Positions 41,101 to 53,100 of a stretch of 64,000 bases of DNA are shown in pieces. Positions within the stretch are counted from its first letter, which is position 1. Every line of letters begins with the position of its first letter. Under the pieces are notes generated by a model, which saw nothing but the letters and a program-made list of their open reading frames with translations, had not been told where the DNA came from and made no database searches. Source of the DNA: Macrostomum lignano (lineage: Eukaryota); assembly GCA_002269645.1 (NCBI GenBank), contig NIVC01002173.1, positions 1 to 64,000 on the forward strand, in the 5' to 3' direction. The position numbers were made by a program, and so were the translations under genes.

Positions 41101-44100
41101 TATGTGCTCAGCTATGGTTGCTGACTCATCTGTATGTGCTCAGCTATGGTTGCTGACTCATCTGTATGTGCTCAGCTATGGTTACTGACTCATATGTATG
41201 TGCTCAGCTATGGTCTCTGACTCATCTGTATGTGCTCAGCTATGGTTGCTGACTCATCTGTATGTGCTCAGCTATGGTTCCTGACTCATCTGTATGTGCT
41301 CAGCTATGGTTGCTGACTCATCTGTATGTGCTCAGCTATGGTTGCTGACTCACCTGTATGTGCTCAGCCAGTCTCTGATTGGTTGCTGGCTTACCATTGC
41401 CATTTTACTGTAAAATACTTTTATATGTCTTGCGGCATTTCGCACCCCTATTTAAAGAAGGGTCTTTTCACTCTACTCGTATCAGTAGTGCGAGGTGTGC
41501 AATTTCGTTGAGCTTCCATTCAAATTAGTTAATTTTCAACCAGATCTGTTTGTCAATTCATTCATATTGCGCTTAACTACTCGGTAGTAGTCAGTACAGA
41601 TTTGCATATAAATAAAATTTGGACGTTGCGTTTCGATTGGCGGAATTTGAAACTGTTGCTGAAGGTAAGCCCGAGTCCCGCTGGAACATAACCAGATTAC
41701 TAAAGCTAGCTGCCTGTCGCATTCATATTATTAGTGTTGCCGACACACCTACGGCAGAATGCTACACTGTCTCCTCCTGAGTCTGCCTATAGACCTCACT
41801 GCGAGTAGCGCTAATGATTTAATAACGGACCGTAACTTCTCACTTTGCTCTTGAGTTCTTTTAGACCCCCCAGGTTAATGTTTAATCAGCCCCATTCATT
41901 TGTACCTTTGGCTTTGGAAACAGACTGAGAGTTTCAAGCATTCTGAGTTGACATGCTTTGCGTTTCTTTTTGTCATTTCTCTCGCTCAGGCTGGGTCTAG
42001 GCGCATGTGTCTCTCCACGCATTACACTGAGTTTGAGCATTTTATTCTGCGTGTACAGGTGGGTCAGCTGACCCAGCCAATAAGTCTGTACAGGTGGGTC
42101 AGCTGACCCAGCCAATAAGTCTGTACAGATGGGTCAGCTGACCCAGCCAATAAGTCTGTACAGATGGGTCAGCTGACCCAGCCAATAAGTCTGTACAGAT
42201 GGGTCAGCTGACCCAGCCAATAAGTCTGTACAGATTGGTCAGCTGACCCAGTCAATAAGTCTGTACAGATTGGTCAGCTGACCCAGTGAGTGTGTAGAGA
42301 TTGGGTCAGCCATCTCCTGACCCAGTCAGAGTGTAGAGATTGGGTCAGCCATCTCCTAACCCAGTGAGTGTGTAGAGATTGGGTCAGCCATCTTCTGACC
42401 CAGTGAGTGTGTAGAGATTGGGTCAGCCATCTCCTAACCCAGTGAGTGTGTAGAGATTGGGTCAGCCATCTCCTGACCCAGTCAGAGTGTAGAGATTGGG
42501 TCAGCCATCTCCTAACCCAGTGAGTGTGTAGAGATTGGGTCAGCCATCTCCTGACCCAGTGAGTGTGTAGAGATTGGGTCAGCTATCTTCTGACCCAGTG
42601 AGTGTGAAGAGATTGGGTCAGCCATCTCCTAACCCAGTGAGTGTGTAGAGATTGGGTCAGCCATCTCCTGACCCAGTGAGTGTGTAGAGATTGGGTCAGC
42701 CATCTCCTGACCCAGTGAGTGTGTAGAGATTGGGTCAGCCATCTCCTGACCCAGTGAGTGTGTAGAGATTGGGTCAGCCATCTCCTGACTCAGTCAGAGT
42801 GTAGAGATTGGGTCAGCCATCTCCTGACCCAGTCAGTGTGTAGAGATTGGGTCAGCCATCTCCTGACCCAGTGAGTGTGTAGAGATTGGGTCAGCCATCT
42901 CCTAACCCAGTGAGTGTGTAGAGATTGGGTCAGCCATCTCCTGACCCAGTGAGTGTGTAGAGATTGGGTCAGCCATCTCCTGACCCAGTGAGTGTGTAGA
43001 GATTGGGTCAGCCATCTCCTGACCCAGTGAGTGTGTAGAGATTGGGTCAGCCATCTCCTGACCCAGTGAGTGTGTAGAGATTGGGTCAGCCATCTCCTAA
43101 CCCAGTGAGTGTGTAGAGATTGGGTCAGCCATCTTCTGACCCAGTGAGTGTGTAGAGATTGGGTCAGCCATCTCCTAACCCAGTGAGTGTGTAGAGATTG
43201 GGTCAGCCATCTCCTGACCCAGTGAGTGTGTAGAGATTGGGTCAGCCATCTCCTGACCCAGTGAGTGTGTAGAGATTGGGTCAGCCATCTCCTGACCCAG
43301 TGAGTGTGTAGAGATTGGGTCAGCCATCTCCTGACTCAGTCAGAGTGTAGAGATTGGGTCAGCCATCTCCTGACCCAGTCAGTGTGTAGAGATTGGGTCA
43401 GCCATCTCCTGACCCAGTCAGAGTGCGGAGCCTGGGTCAGCTGATCAGCAGATTCTGAGTTCATTGATTATTCATTTATAAATGGCATTGAGTCCGACAA
43501 GCTTCCGCTTTTTGTTCAGAAATGCTTGCATTACTAAATGCCCTTTGGATTTTGCTGATAGGCAATCGAAGCATTTTTGTTTTGAGTTCTTTCTAATAAT
43601 TTTAAGAGACTCTTCCTCAGAACTAAAATAATTTTGAGTTCTATCTACTTATTGCCTTTTCTGTTGGCTGACGAATGAGTACTTTATCAAATTCTTATTT
43701 TTAGCAATTTCCTCTAAGAAATTAATTTGATGCAGCGGCAGGATTCTGGACCCTCCAACCGCCCTCACTCACTGCAGGAGGGGCCGCTCGCGGACTGCCC
43801 GGCTCGACGAGACCCAGCGGACCCGACGCTCAGCAAAGGCATGGTAAGTGACTGAGCTGCATGACCATACCCTGACTGAGCTACATGACCATACCCTGAC
43901 TGAGCTGCATGACCATACCCTGACTGAGCTGCATGACCATACCCTGACTGAGCTGCATGACCATACCCTGACTGAGCTGCATGACCATACCCTGACTGAG
44001 CAGCATGACCATTCACTGACTGAGCTGCATGACCATACCCTGACTGAGTTGCATGACCATACCCTGACTGAGCTGCATGACCATACCCTGACTGAGCTGC

Positions 44101-47100
44101 ATGACCATACCCTGACTGAGCTGCATTGATCATACCCTGACTGAGCTGCATGACCATACCCTGACTGAGCTGCATTGATCATACCCTGACTGAGCTACAT
44201 GACCATACCCTGACTGAGCTGCATGACCATACCCTGACTGAGCTGCATGACCATACCCTGACTGAGCTGCATGACCATACCCTGACTGAGCTGCATGACC
44301 ATACCCTGACTGAGCAGCATGACCATTCACTGACTGAGCTGCATGACCATACCCTGACTGAGCTGCATGACCATACCCTGACTGAGTTGCATGACCATAC
44401 CCTGACTGAGCTGCATGACCATACCCTGACTGAGCTGCATGACCATACCCTGACTGAGCTGCATTGATCATACCCTGACTGAGCTGCATGACCATACCCT
44501 GACTGAGCAGCATGACCATTCACTGACTGAGCTGCATGACCATACCCTGACTGAGCTGCATGACCATACCCTGACTGAGCTGCATGACCATACCCTGACT
44601 GAGCTGCATGACCATACCCTGACTGAGCTGCATGACCATACCCTGAATGAGCTGCATGACCAAAATCTGACTGAATTCATGACCATAATCTGACTGAATC
44701 CATAAAAAATCTAACTAAATCCATGACCATAATCTGACTGAACCATGACTATAATCGGACTGAATCCATGTTCATAACCTGACTGAATCCATGATCTGCG
44801 TGTACCATGACAATACACGCAGAGCTGACTGAATCTATGACAATAATCTGATGATATTCGCAGTCATGAGGTCACAATGCAGTCATGAGGTCACAATGCA
44901 GTGCAGAGTCATGAGGTCACAATGCAGTCATGAGGTCACAATGCAGTCATGAGGTCACAATGCAGTCATGAGGTCACAATGCAGTCATGAGGTCACAATG
45001 CAGTCATGAGGTCACAATGCAGTCATGAGGTCACAATGCAGTCATGAGGTCACAATGCAGTCATGAGGTCACAATGCAGTCATGAGGTCACAATGCATCC
45101 GCCCCTCTACCCGCAGCGGGATTTCAAGGTCCGCCCGACGGCGCCCCGAGCAGCAGCAAGAAGTCCAAAGGACTCGGCGGCCTGTTTGGCGGCGGCAAGA
45201 AGAAATGAAAACAAATTGTGCTCCTTGCTGCTTCAAGAAGAGACAGAGCGCCTCTTCCCGTGTCTCGGCAATGCCTTGTACTTTTTTGGATCGGCTTAAC
45301 CAGTGAAATTTGCTGAGTTTTAATTCTCTGAGGTGTTACTTAATTAGTAGTGCCGCTGTCACTTGTCGCTCCTGTCACTAGTCACCGAACCGTTAAAAAC
45401 ATTGATCACTCATCATTAATCATTATTTACACATCAACAGTTTTGCCCCAATGACTGAAAGTTTTTGTTTTACCGAGAATACCCAATCTTTACATTGCAT
45501 TGTCGCAGCTGGTCAATTCGACATTCCCAGTTTATTCTCTCAATAAACTGTAGCGTTTTAGACAATATACTTGCGATCGTGTGATAATGATAGCTTAGTT
45601 TTACGTTTTTCCTCAACCAATTTCAAAGTACACAATATACTTTGAAAAATTCGGTCTCGAGTTCTCCCCATCAGTACCCGGTGGTCCGCGCCAGTTATTT
45701 TTGCAATCGGGAGCTGCCCGTGGAAGCAAAATCCGGTCTGGCGCAGCTGGCCAAGGCAGCGCTGCCGAAATCCCCCTCCCCGCCCAGCGCAGCTTTGACT
45801 CTGATGGCAGCTAAGGGGATTTCGCGCCTGAGAAATGCATAGTGAGGATCGGCAGTGCTGCACTCTGTTGTGTCCCCACACTCGCTGGACCTGTAATCAC
45901 TGCTCTCACTGATGCTGCCGCGTCTCCCCACCCCCCCCCCAACTCGCTGTGTTTTTTGCTCCGCAGCCGTGCTCATTCATTCCTTCATCGGCCCCGGGGG
46001 GGGGGGGCTGTGACAGACTGCATGGCTGACTGGCTGGCTGGCTCGGTTTCAATCAGGCAGCGCAGATGAAGCAGAGAGGCTGCTGCAGCTCTGCCATCGG
46101 ATATAATTTCAATCCGGTCCGCAGCGCCATGCGCGGTAATTACTCGAGGAGGGGGGAGGCTGATGAGGCGCACCACGCACACGCGCACTGGGCCGGCTTT
46201 GGTTCCCATCGGGTCGGCTTCTCCTCTTCCCGGCCTGCTGCTGGTGTGCGGTTTCCGCCAGTGTGTGCCGAGGGCTGCGGGCCCGCGCGCTTCATCGGCT
46301 GCGGACAATGCGGAAGCGATCTGGGGGATTCTGCTCCCCCATTCAAATCTGCCGGTGCTGCTTTCTGCTCTGCTGAGCAGCTCATCAGCTCCGCGTGTTG
46401 CAGAATTCGCTTATAGAGCTTGTGTAGGCATGTCAGGGTGACGGATGGCGTGCTGTCTTCAGGTTTGTGTAGGCATGTCCGGGTGACGGATGGCGTGCTG
46501 TCTTCAGGTTTGTGTAGGCATGTCCGGGTGACGGATGGCGTGCTGTCTTCAGGTTTGTGTAGGCATGTCAGGGTGACGGATGGCGTGCTGTCTTCAGGTT
46601 TGTGTAGGCATGTCCGGGTGACGGATGGCGTGCTGTCTTCAGGTTTGTGTAGGCATGTCAGGGTGACGGATGGCGTGCTGTCTTCAGGTTTGTGTAGGCA
46701 TGTCAGGGTGACGGATGGCGTGCTGTCTTCAGGTTTGTGTAGGCATGTCAGGGTGACGGATGGCGTGCTGTCTTCAGGTTTGTGTAGGCATGTCAGGGTG
46801 ACGGATGGCGTGCTGTCTTCAGGTTTGTGTAGGCATGTCAGGGTGACGGATGGCGTGCTGTCTTCAGGTTTGTGTAGGCATGTCAGGGTGACGGATGGCG
46901 TGCTGTCTTCAGGTTTGTGTAGCATGTCCGGGTGACGGATGGCGTGCTGTCTTCAGGTTTGTGTAGCATGTCATTGTGACCTACCGTACATGTATTCTTT
47001 GACGCTTTTGTTTCATCTTACTAATCATAGAAAGATTTATTAGACTGTGTAAGTCAGGAGTTCAGATGAGTTGTTACCTACAGCTAACAACAAACTTTCG

Positions 47101-50100
47101 AATTTGGGACCTGAGGGGTTGCTGGAATCTCAGCAGCTTATAGCAGCGCTGCTAGAAGCGTCTGATAGAAGCTTCAGTAAGCAGCTGACAGAGGTGAGGA
47201 CTCTGAGCCACTGGGCACGCGCAGAGTTTCTCATACACTTCTAAACTCGGCGTGTTAGCTCAGCTCAGCTCAGCCCACCGCCCCTGTAGGACTCAGCTAA
47301 GCACCCAAGGTGAGCCGTGGTGAGGCGGCGGTAAAAGTCCCGCACTGACTGGCCCCGGCCTCAGTGGGGGAGCAGCTCCCCCTTAATCCCGAGCAGGCCA
47401 TAAGTGGAATTGGGCATTTCACTTTTTACACTTTTATGACCTGCGATCGCCTTCTGCCGCCTTCTACGCTGCCCCCCCCCCCCGGCCCCGCGTGTGGGAC
47501 TTCGCGGCAAGGCCTGGATGCCCGCAGCTGCCTCCTCCCTCGCTTATCTTCCTACGGTTGTCTTTCCCCCTCCAGTCGGGGCTAAATTTATCCCTGAAAC
47601 AGCTTCCTACCGCTTGTACTCCCATCGATCCCTGATCCCCTGGGGAAGTTCCGGGTGGCAACTCGAACGCCTGTCTGCCTGCCAGGCCGCCACGAAGAAG
47701 CTGAAAATAAACAGAAGCTGCAGCGCGACCCCGCCGCTCACCTGGCGCCTTCCAGCGCATCTTTCAGTTGAAACCTCTGCTTTTTGGAAGCAATTTTAGA
47801 GAGCCAAAGCGCCGCAAGCTAACGCTGCCTCTCTCTGCCCCCCTCTGCACTCTCGCTGAACAGCTTCGAGTGGCTCAGCGGGCGGCAGCCTTCGACAGTC
47901 GCGACCGCGGCAGCGTCGACTGCGTCAGCGGCGGCACTCGCTGTCGGCTGTTGGAGAGGCGCACTTGGACGGCGAACTGAACGGTTGGACTAGGTGAGTA
48001 ACGGCAGATGTGTGAATTAAAAATCTAGGTCTGTGAATGAGCAATGCAGATGTGTGAATGAGGACTTCAAGTGTGTGAATGAGAAGTTCAGATGTGTGAA
48101 TGAGAAGTTCGGATGTGTTAATGAGGAATTTAGATGTGTGAATGACTATTTCAGATGTGTGAAGGAGGAAATTAGATGTGTGAAGGAGGAAATTAGATGT
48201 GTGAAGGAGGAGTTCAGATGTGTGAATGAGAAGTTCAGATGTGTGAATGAGAAGTTCAGATGTGTGAATGAGGAGTTCTGATATGTGAATGAAGAATTCA
48301 GATGCGTGAATGAGGAATTCAGGTGTGTGAATGAGGAATTCAGGTGCGTGAATGAGGAATTCAGATGCGTGAATGAAGAATTCAGATGCGTGAATGAGGA
48401 ATTCAGGTGTGTGAATGAGGAATTCAGGTGCGTGAATGAAGAGTTCAGATGTGTGAATGAGGGAATGCTAATAATAAACACAGCCAGAGACAAGAAAAGC
48501 CACATAATAGAGGCCAATAGGCAATATGGGTGATGGCCAATGGTCCAGTTTCCAAGCCAGAGCACTCATTATTCAAGAAATTTCAACTCTTTCATTCCGG
48601 ATCGCGGAAGTCATTCGATCTGCGCCTTGCGATTTTCTCCGGCGGTCAATGCGGCCGGTCTGCCTCCCCCCCGGGACCGTCGGTGGACCGGCCGAAGTCT
48701 CCCACGGCAGGATGCGTACTGGAATTCTTTCAAGTCGCCGGCCTCCCATTTCCCCTCACTAAAAGGTCCGGGTCAGAGATCCGCAATGCCTATTTGCTAT
48801 TCAAAGCGGCCTCAAATCTCCCTTAACTCCCGTCGGACTCAAACCGGCAACCTACCAACGCGAGTCTGGGGTTCGAATCTTGGTCCAACTTCTTCCTGGC
48901 CTCCTCCGCTGCCCCCCCCAGACTCTCCGCTCGTTTTTCGGTCGACTTGCCGCCACGCATCGCTGACTCAAATCTGCTCAGCCTGCCCAGGCCTGAGCGC
49001 TGCGGCAGCCTCGGCCAAGCAGCATGCAGGAGCCGGACTTCCTGCCCCTAAGCTGCCTGACAGGGGACTCTCCCCTCTCCCCCTCTCCTTCTCTCTCCCT
49101 CTCTCCCTCTCTCCCTGTCTGCCTCTATCTCCCTCTCCCCCTCTCGCCCTCTCCCTCTCTCCCCTCTCCCTCTCTCCCCATCTCCCTCTCACCCTCTCTC
49201 CCTCTCTCCCCCTCTCCCTCTCTCTCCCTCTCCCTCTCTCCCCATCTCCCTCTCTCCGCCTCCACCTCTCCCCCTCTCCCTCTCTCCCCCTCTCCCTCTC
49301 TCCCTCTCTCCCTCTCCTCCTCTGCCCCTCTCCCTCTCTCCCTCTCTAATTCTCTCCTTCTCTCTCCCCGCCTCTCCCTATCTCTCTCTACCTCTCTCCG
49401 CTCGGTGTCTCCTACCTACCTCTCTGAAGCATCCTCTCACTCTTTCCCAATCTCTCCACTCTCCACTTCTCATTCTCACCCTGGATCTCCCTCTCCCGGT
49501 ATCAATTTCCTTGCCCTCCGTGCCCCCCTCTCCCCTCCCTCCACCCCGCTAGCCCGGTGCCCCCCAGCAGCAGCCGCTGACCCCAGCAGCAGGAAGTCGC
49601 AAGGCGCTGCCGCGGTCTTGGTGGGACTCGAGCAGCGGTGGCCGAGAGTGCAGCGGCGGCCGCGGTCACCGATCCGCCTGCCTCTGCCACTCCCTCTCGC
49701 TTCCCAGCTCCTCTCCGCCTCGCCACTTCCCACTGGCTCTCCCCGAGCTGCCATGGGGATTTACGCGCCCTCTTCTCCCTTCCTGCCCTCGCCCCTCTGC
49801 CCCGCTACCGAAGGCCACACTTTCCCCGCCCCTTCTGCCAGTAAATATATAGAGGCTGCGGCCGAGGGCAGGCAGAGAGGAAGAAGAGGCCCAAGCCCCT
49901 CCCGTGCCGCAGCCGCATCCGCCGCAGTTTCCAAGCCCCATCGCCCCGAAACTGCTTGTTCCTCTTTGAACTGGCGGCCTGCAGCAGACAGCAAGAAGCA
50001 AGCGGAACGCGAGAAAAGTTTCTTTCTCCATCGCTGCCCCCAGGCGAAGCCAAGCCGTAGAATAAAGGAGACGCTTCCCCTTTTCCCCGCCGGCGCCGAG

Positions 50101-53100
50101 GCCTCCCCCGCATAGCAGCGGCACGCTAAACAGTTTATCCCGGCTCAGCGACTGAGCACTGCCTGCCCTACAAGAGGTGAGTTGAGCTGCCGCGCACTTC
50201 TGACCGATTAGCCATGCCTACAGGGTCCTCAGCTCAGAGCGGTGGCTCAATTTTCTTAATTAAATGGAAGCATTGCTTTTGCGAGCCTTCATCGCCTGAG
50301 CCAGCATGCAGTGTCTTCCGCTGGGCTTCTGTAGGTGGAACTTTCCAATTTGAAAAAATGGGCCGCTTATTCACCAACCCTGACACAAACCTTTCTCCAA
50401 CACAAACTCATTCCCTGACATAAACTCGTTCCCTGACACAAACTCGCTCCCTGACACAAACTCATTCCCTGACACAAACGCATTCCCTGACACAAACGCA
50501 TTCCCTGACACAAACTCATTCCCTGACACAAACTCATTCCCTGACACAAACGCATTCCCTGACACAAACTCATTCCCTGACACAAACTCATTCCCTGACA
50601 CAAACGCATTCCCTGACACAAACGCATTCCCTGACACAAACTCATTCCCTGTCACAAACTCATTCCCTGACACAAACGCATTCCCTGACACAAACTCATT
50701 CCCTGACACAAACTCATTCCCTGACACAAACGCATTCCCCAACACAAACTCATTCCCTGACATAAACTCATTCTCTGACACAAACTCATTCCCTGACACA
50801 AACTCATTCCCTGACACAAACTCATTCCCTGACACAAACTCATTCGCTGACACAAACTCATTCCCTGACACAAACTCTTTCTCTGACACAAACTCATTCT
50901 CTGACACAAACTCATTCCCTGACACAAGCCTCAGCACCTGTCACGCAGTCAAATGATTCTCAAGAGTCAGTCAATGAAATTTGACCAGTCAGGAACCGCC
51001 AAACCCACTTCAACAACCAGGCAAGAGCAGAAGTCTGTAAGCCAGTCAGACCTGAATGAAGACATGCGGCTGACAAAAACTAGCAAAGTTTACCATAGAA
51101 ACCGGTAATTCCATCTGAACTAATTTGCTCTGACCAATCTGTGCTGGATTCCTCTGCCCCACGCTAACCTCTCATTCATAATTGCACAATTTTCTTTGAT
51201 TTTTACTCGGGCCAAGATATTCCAGGAAATGCATGCAGCAGTGTTTGAGCACATGTCCTACTGCCCATATATGCATGCCTAAACTGACTTGGTCAGGGTT
51301 TTACGACCTGCTCTCAACGTATTGACCGGGCTTGGGTGAATTTTTTTAACAAGAACTCGCGGCTGGAATGCAAGTTTTTTTACTGTTTTCTCTTAGATTA
51401 GTTTCCGCTTCTTGGGCTGGGTGGGGCTGGCGCGCTGTGCTTAGAAATGCGCTAAGTTTGGCTGGCAGGGACTCGAGCCTTGGAATTGGGTTTGATTTGA
51501 GTGAGGCGGTGAGTAAGGCAGTGAGTAAGACAGTGACAGGCAGTGAGTGGGACAGCGAGTGAGATAGTGACAGGCAGTGAGTGAGTGCGACAGCAAGTGA
51601 GACAGCAAGTGAGACAGTAAGTGAGACAGCAAGTGAGACAGCAAGTGAGACAGCAAGTGAGACAGCAAGTGAGACAGCAAGTGAGACAGCAAGTGAGACA
51701 GCAAGTGAGACAGCAAGTGAGACAGCAAGTGAGACAGCAAGTGAGACAGCAAGTGAGACAGCAAATGAGACAGCAAGTGAGACAGCAAATGAGTCAGTAA
51801 GTGAGACAGCAAGTGAGACAGCAAGTGAGACAGCAAGTGAGACAGCAAGTGAGTCAGTAAGTGAGACAGTAAGTAAGGCCTGTGAATAAGGCTGTGGGTA
51901 AGAGGTTGAGTAAAACATAGAGTGAGGCAGTGGGTGAGGCAGTGAGAGAGGGGATGCGTTGAGCAGTTTGAAGACCCAGTTCAGGCTGGAGTTCTCAGCC
52001 CGGGCTCCGCAGGCCATCGGAGGTGCCCCCCTCCGATCCCAGGGCCATCATTCAAAGCTGATTAATTTCGCAGCTTATGGCACGAGCTCAGTTTCACAGG
52101 CGCCCCGCTCATCCCTGCCAGGGTTGTCTCAGATTTTCTGAGTCTGATGAATGCCCCGCCCAGGCTGAGCCCGCCGGGAGGGACAGGCAGGCAGGGGGAG
52201 AAAGGCTCGGGGAAGAAATTATCCCGAAAATATCCCCCCGCTCGACATGGGAAATTGCGGCGCGAGGAAGTTCTTCCAATCTCCAGTTTATTAGAAATTA
52301 TGCCTCGACCGCTTGCCCACTTTGGCCAGCCGTGATTGATGGCTGCGGCCTACCGGGCTTCCCCAGCAGCAGCTGATTGATCCCCGCCGCCCGGGGAGAT
52401 AAAAATCCCCGGCTCCAGCAATCTCGGATTTTGTGGCCTTTGCTGGGCAAAAACCTGCAGGTTTCTTCCGACCTGATTTTGCCTGTCTAACAGGTGCAGA
52501 TTGAGTCTGTCTAACAGGTGCAGATTGAGTCTGTCTAACAGGTGCAGATTGAGTCTGTCTAACAGGTGCAGATTGAGTCTGTCTAACAGGTGTAGATTAT
52601 GCCTGTCTAACAGGTGTAGATTATGCCTGTCTAACAGGTGTAGATTATGCCTGTCTAACAGGTTCAGATTATGCCTGTCTAACAGATGTAGATTATGCCT
52701 GTCTAACAGGTGCAGATTGTGCCTGTCTAACAGGTGCAGATTGTGCCTGTCTAACAGGTGTATATTATGCCTGTCTAACAGGTGTAGATTATGCCTGTCT
52801 AACAGGTTCAGATTATGCCTGTCTAACAGATGTAGATTATGCCTGTCTAACAGGTTCAGATTATGCCTGTCTAACAGATGTAGATTATGCCTGTCTAACA
52901 GGTGCAGATTGTGCCTGTCTAACAGGTGCAGATTGTGCCTGTCTAACAGGTGCAGATTGTGTCTGTCTAACAGGTGTAGATTGTGCCTGTCTAACAGGTG
53001 CAGATTGTGTCTCTCCAACAGGTGCAGATTGCGCCTGTCTAACAGGTGCAGGTTTTGCCTTAACAGGTATCAGACGGTGGCCAGGACACAGAAGCAGTGG

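Noticed and set aside
47066-47120. ATG AGT TGT TAC... (MSCYLQLTT) resembling the palmitoylated PSD-95-alpha N-terminus (MDCLCIVTT)
   Set aside because: Only one Cys, it needs a weak donor (GG|gttgct), and the frame otherwise stops after 25 codons. Likely chance.
48860-48885. ggggttcgaatc B-box-like word
   Set aside because: No A-box or cloverleaf; not a tRNA.
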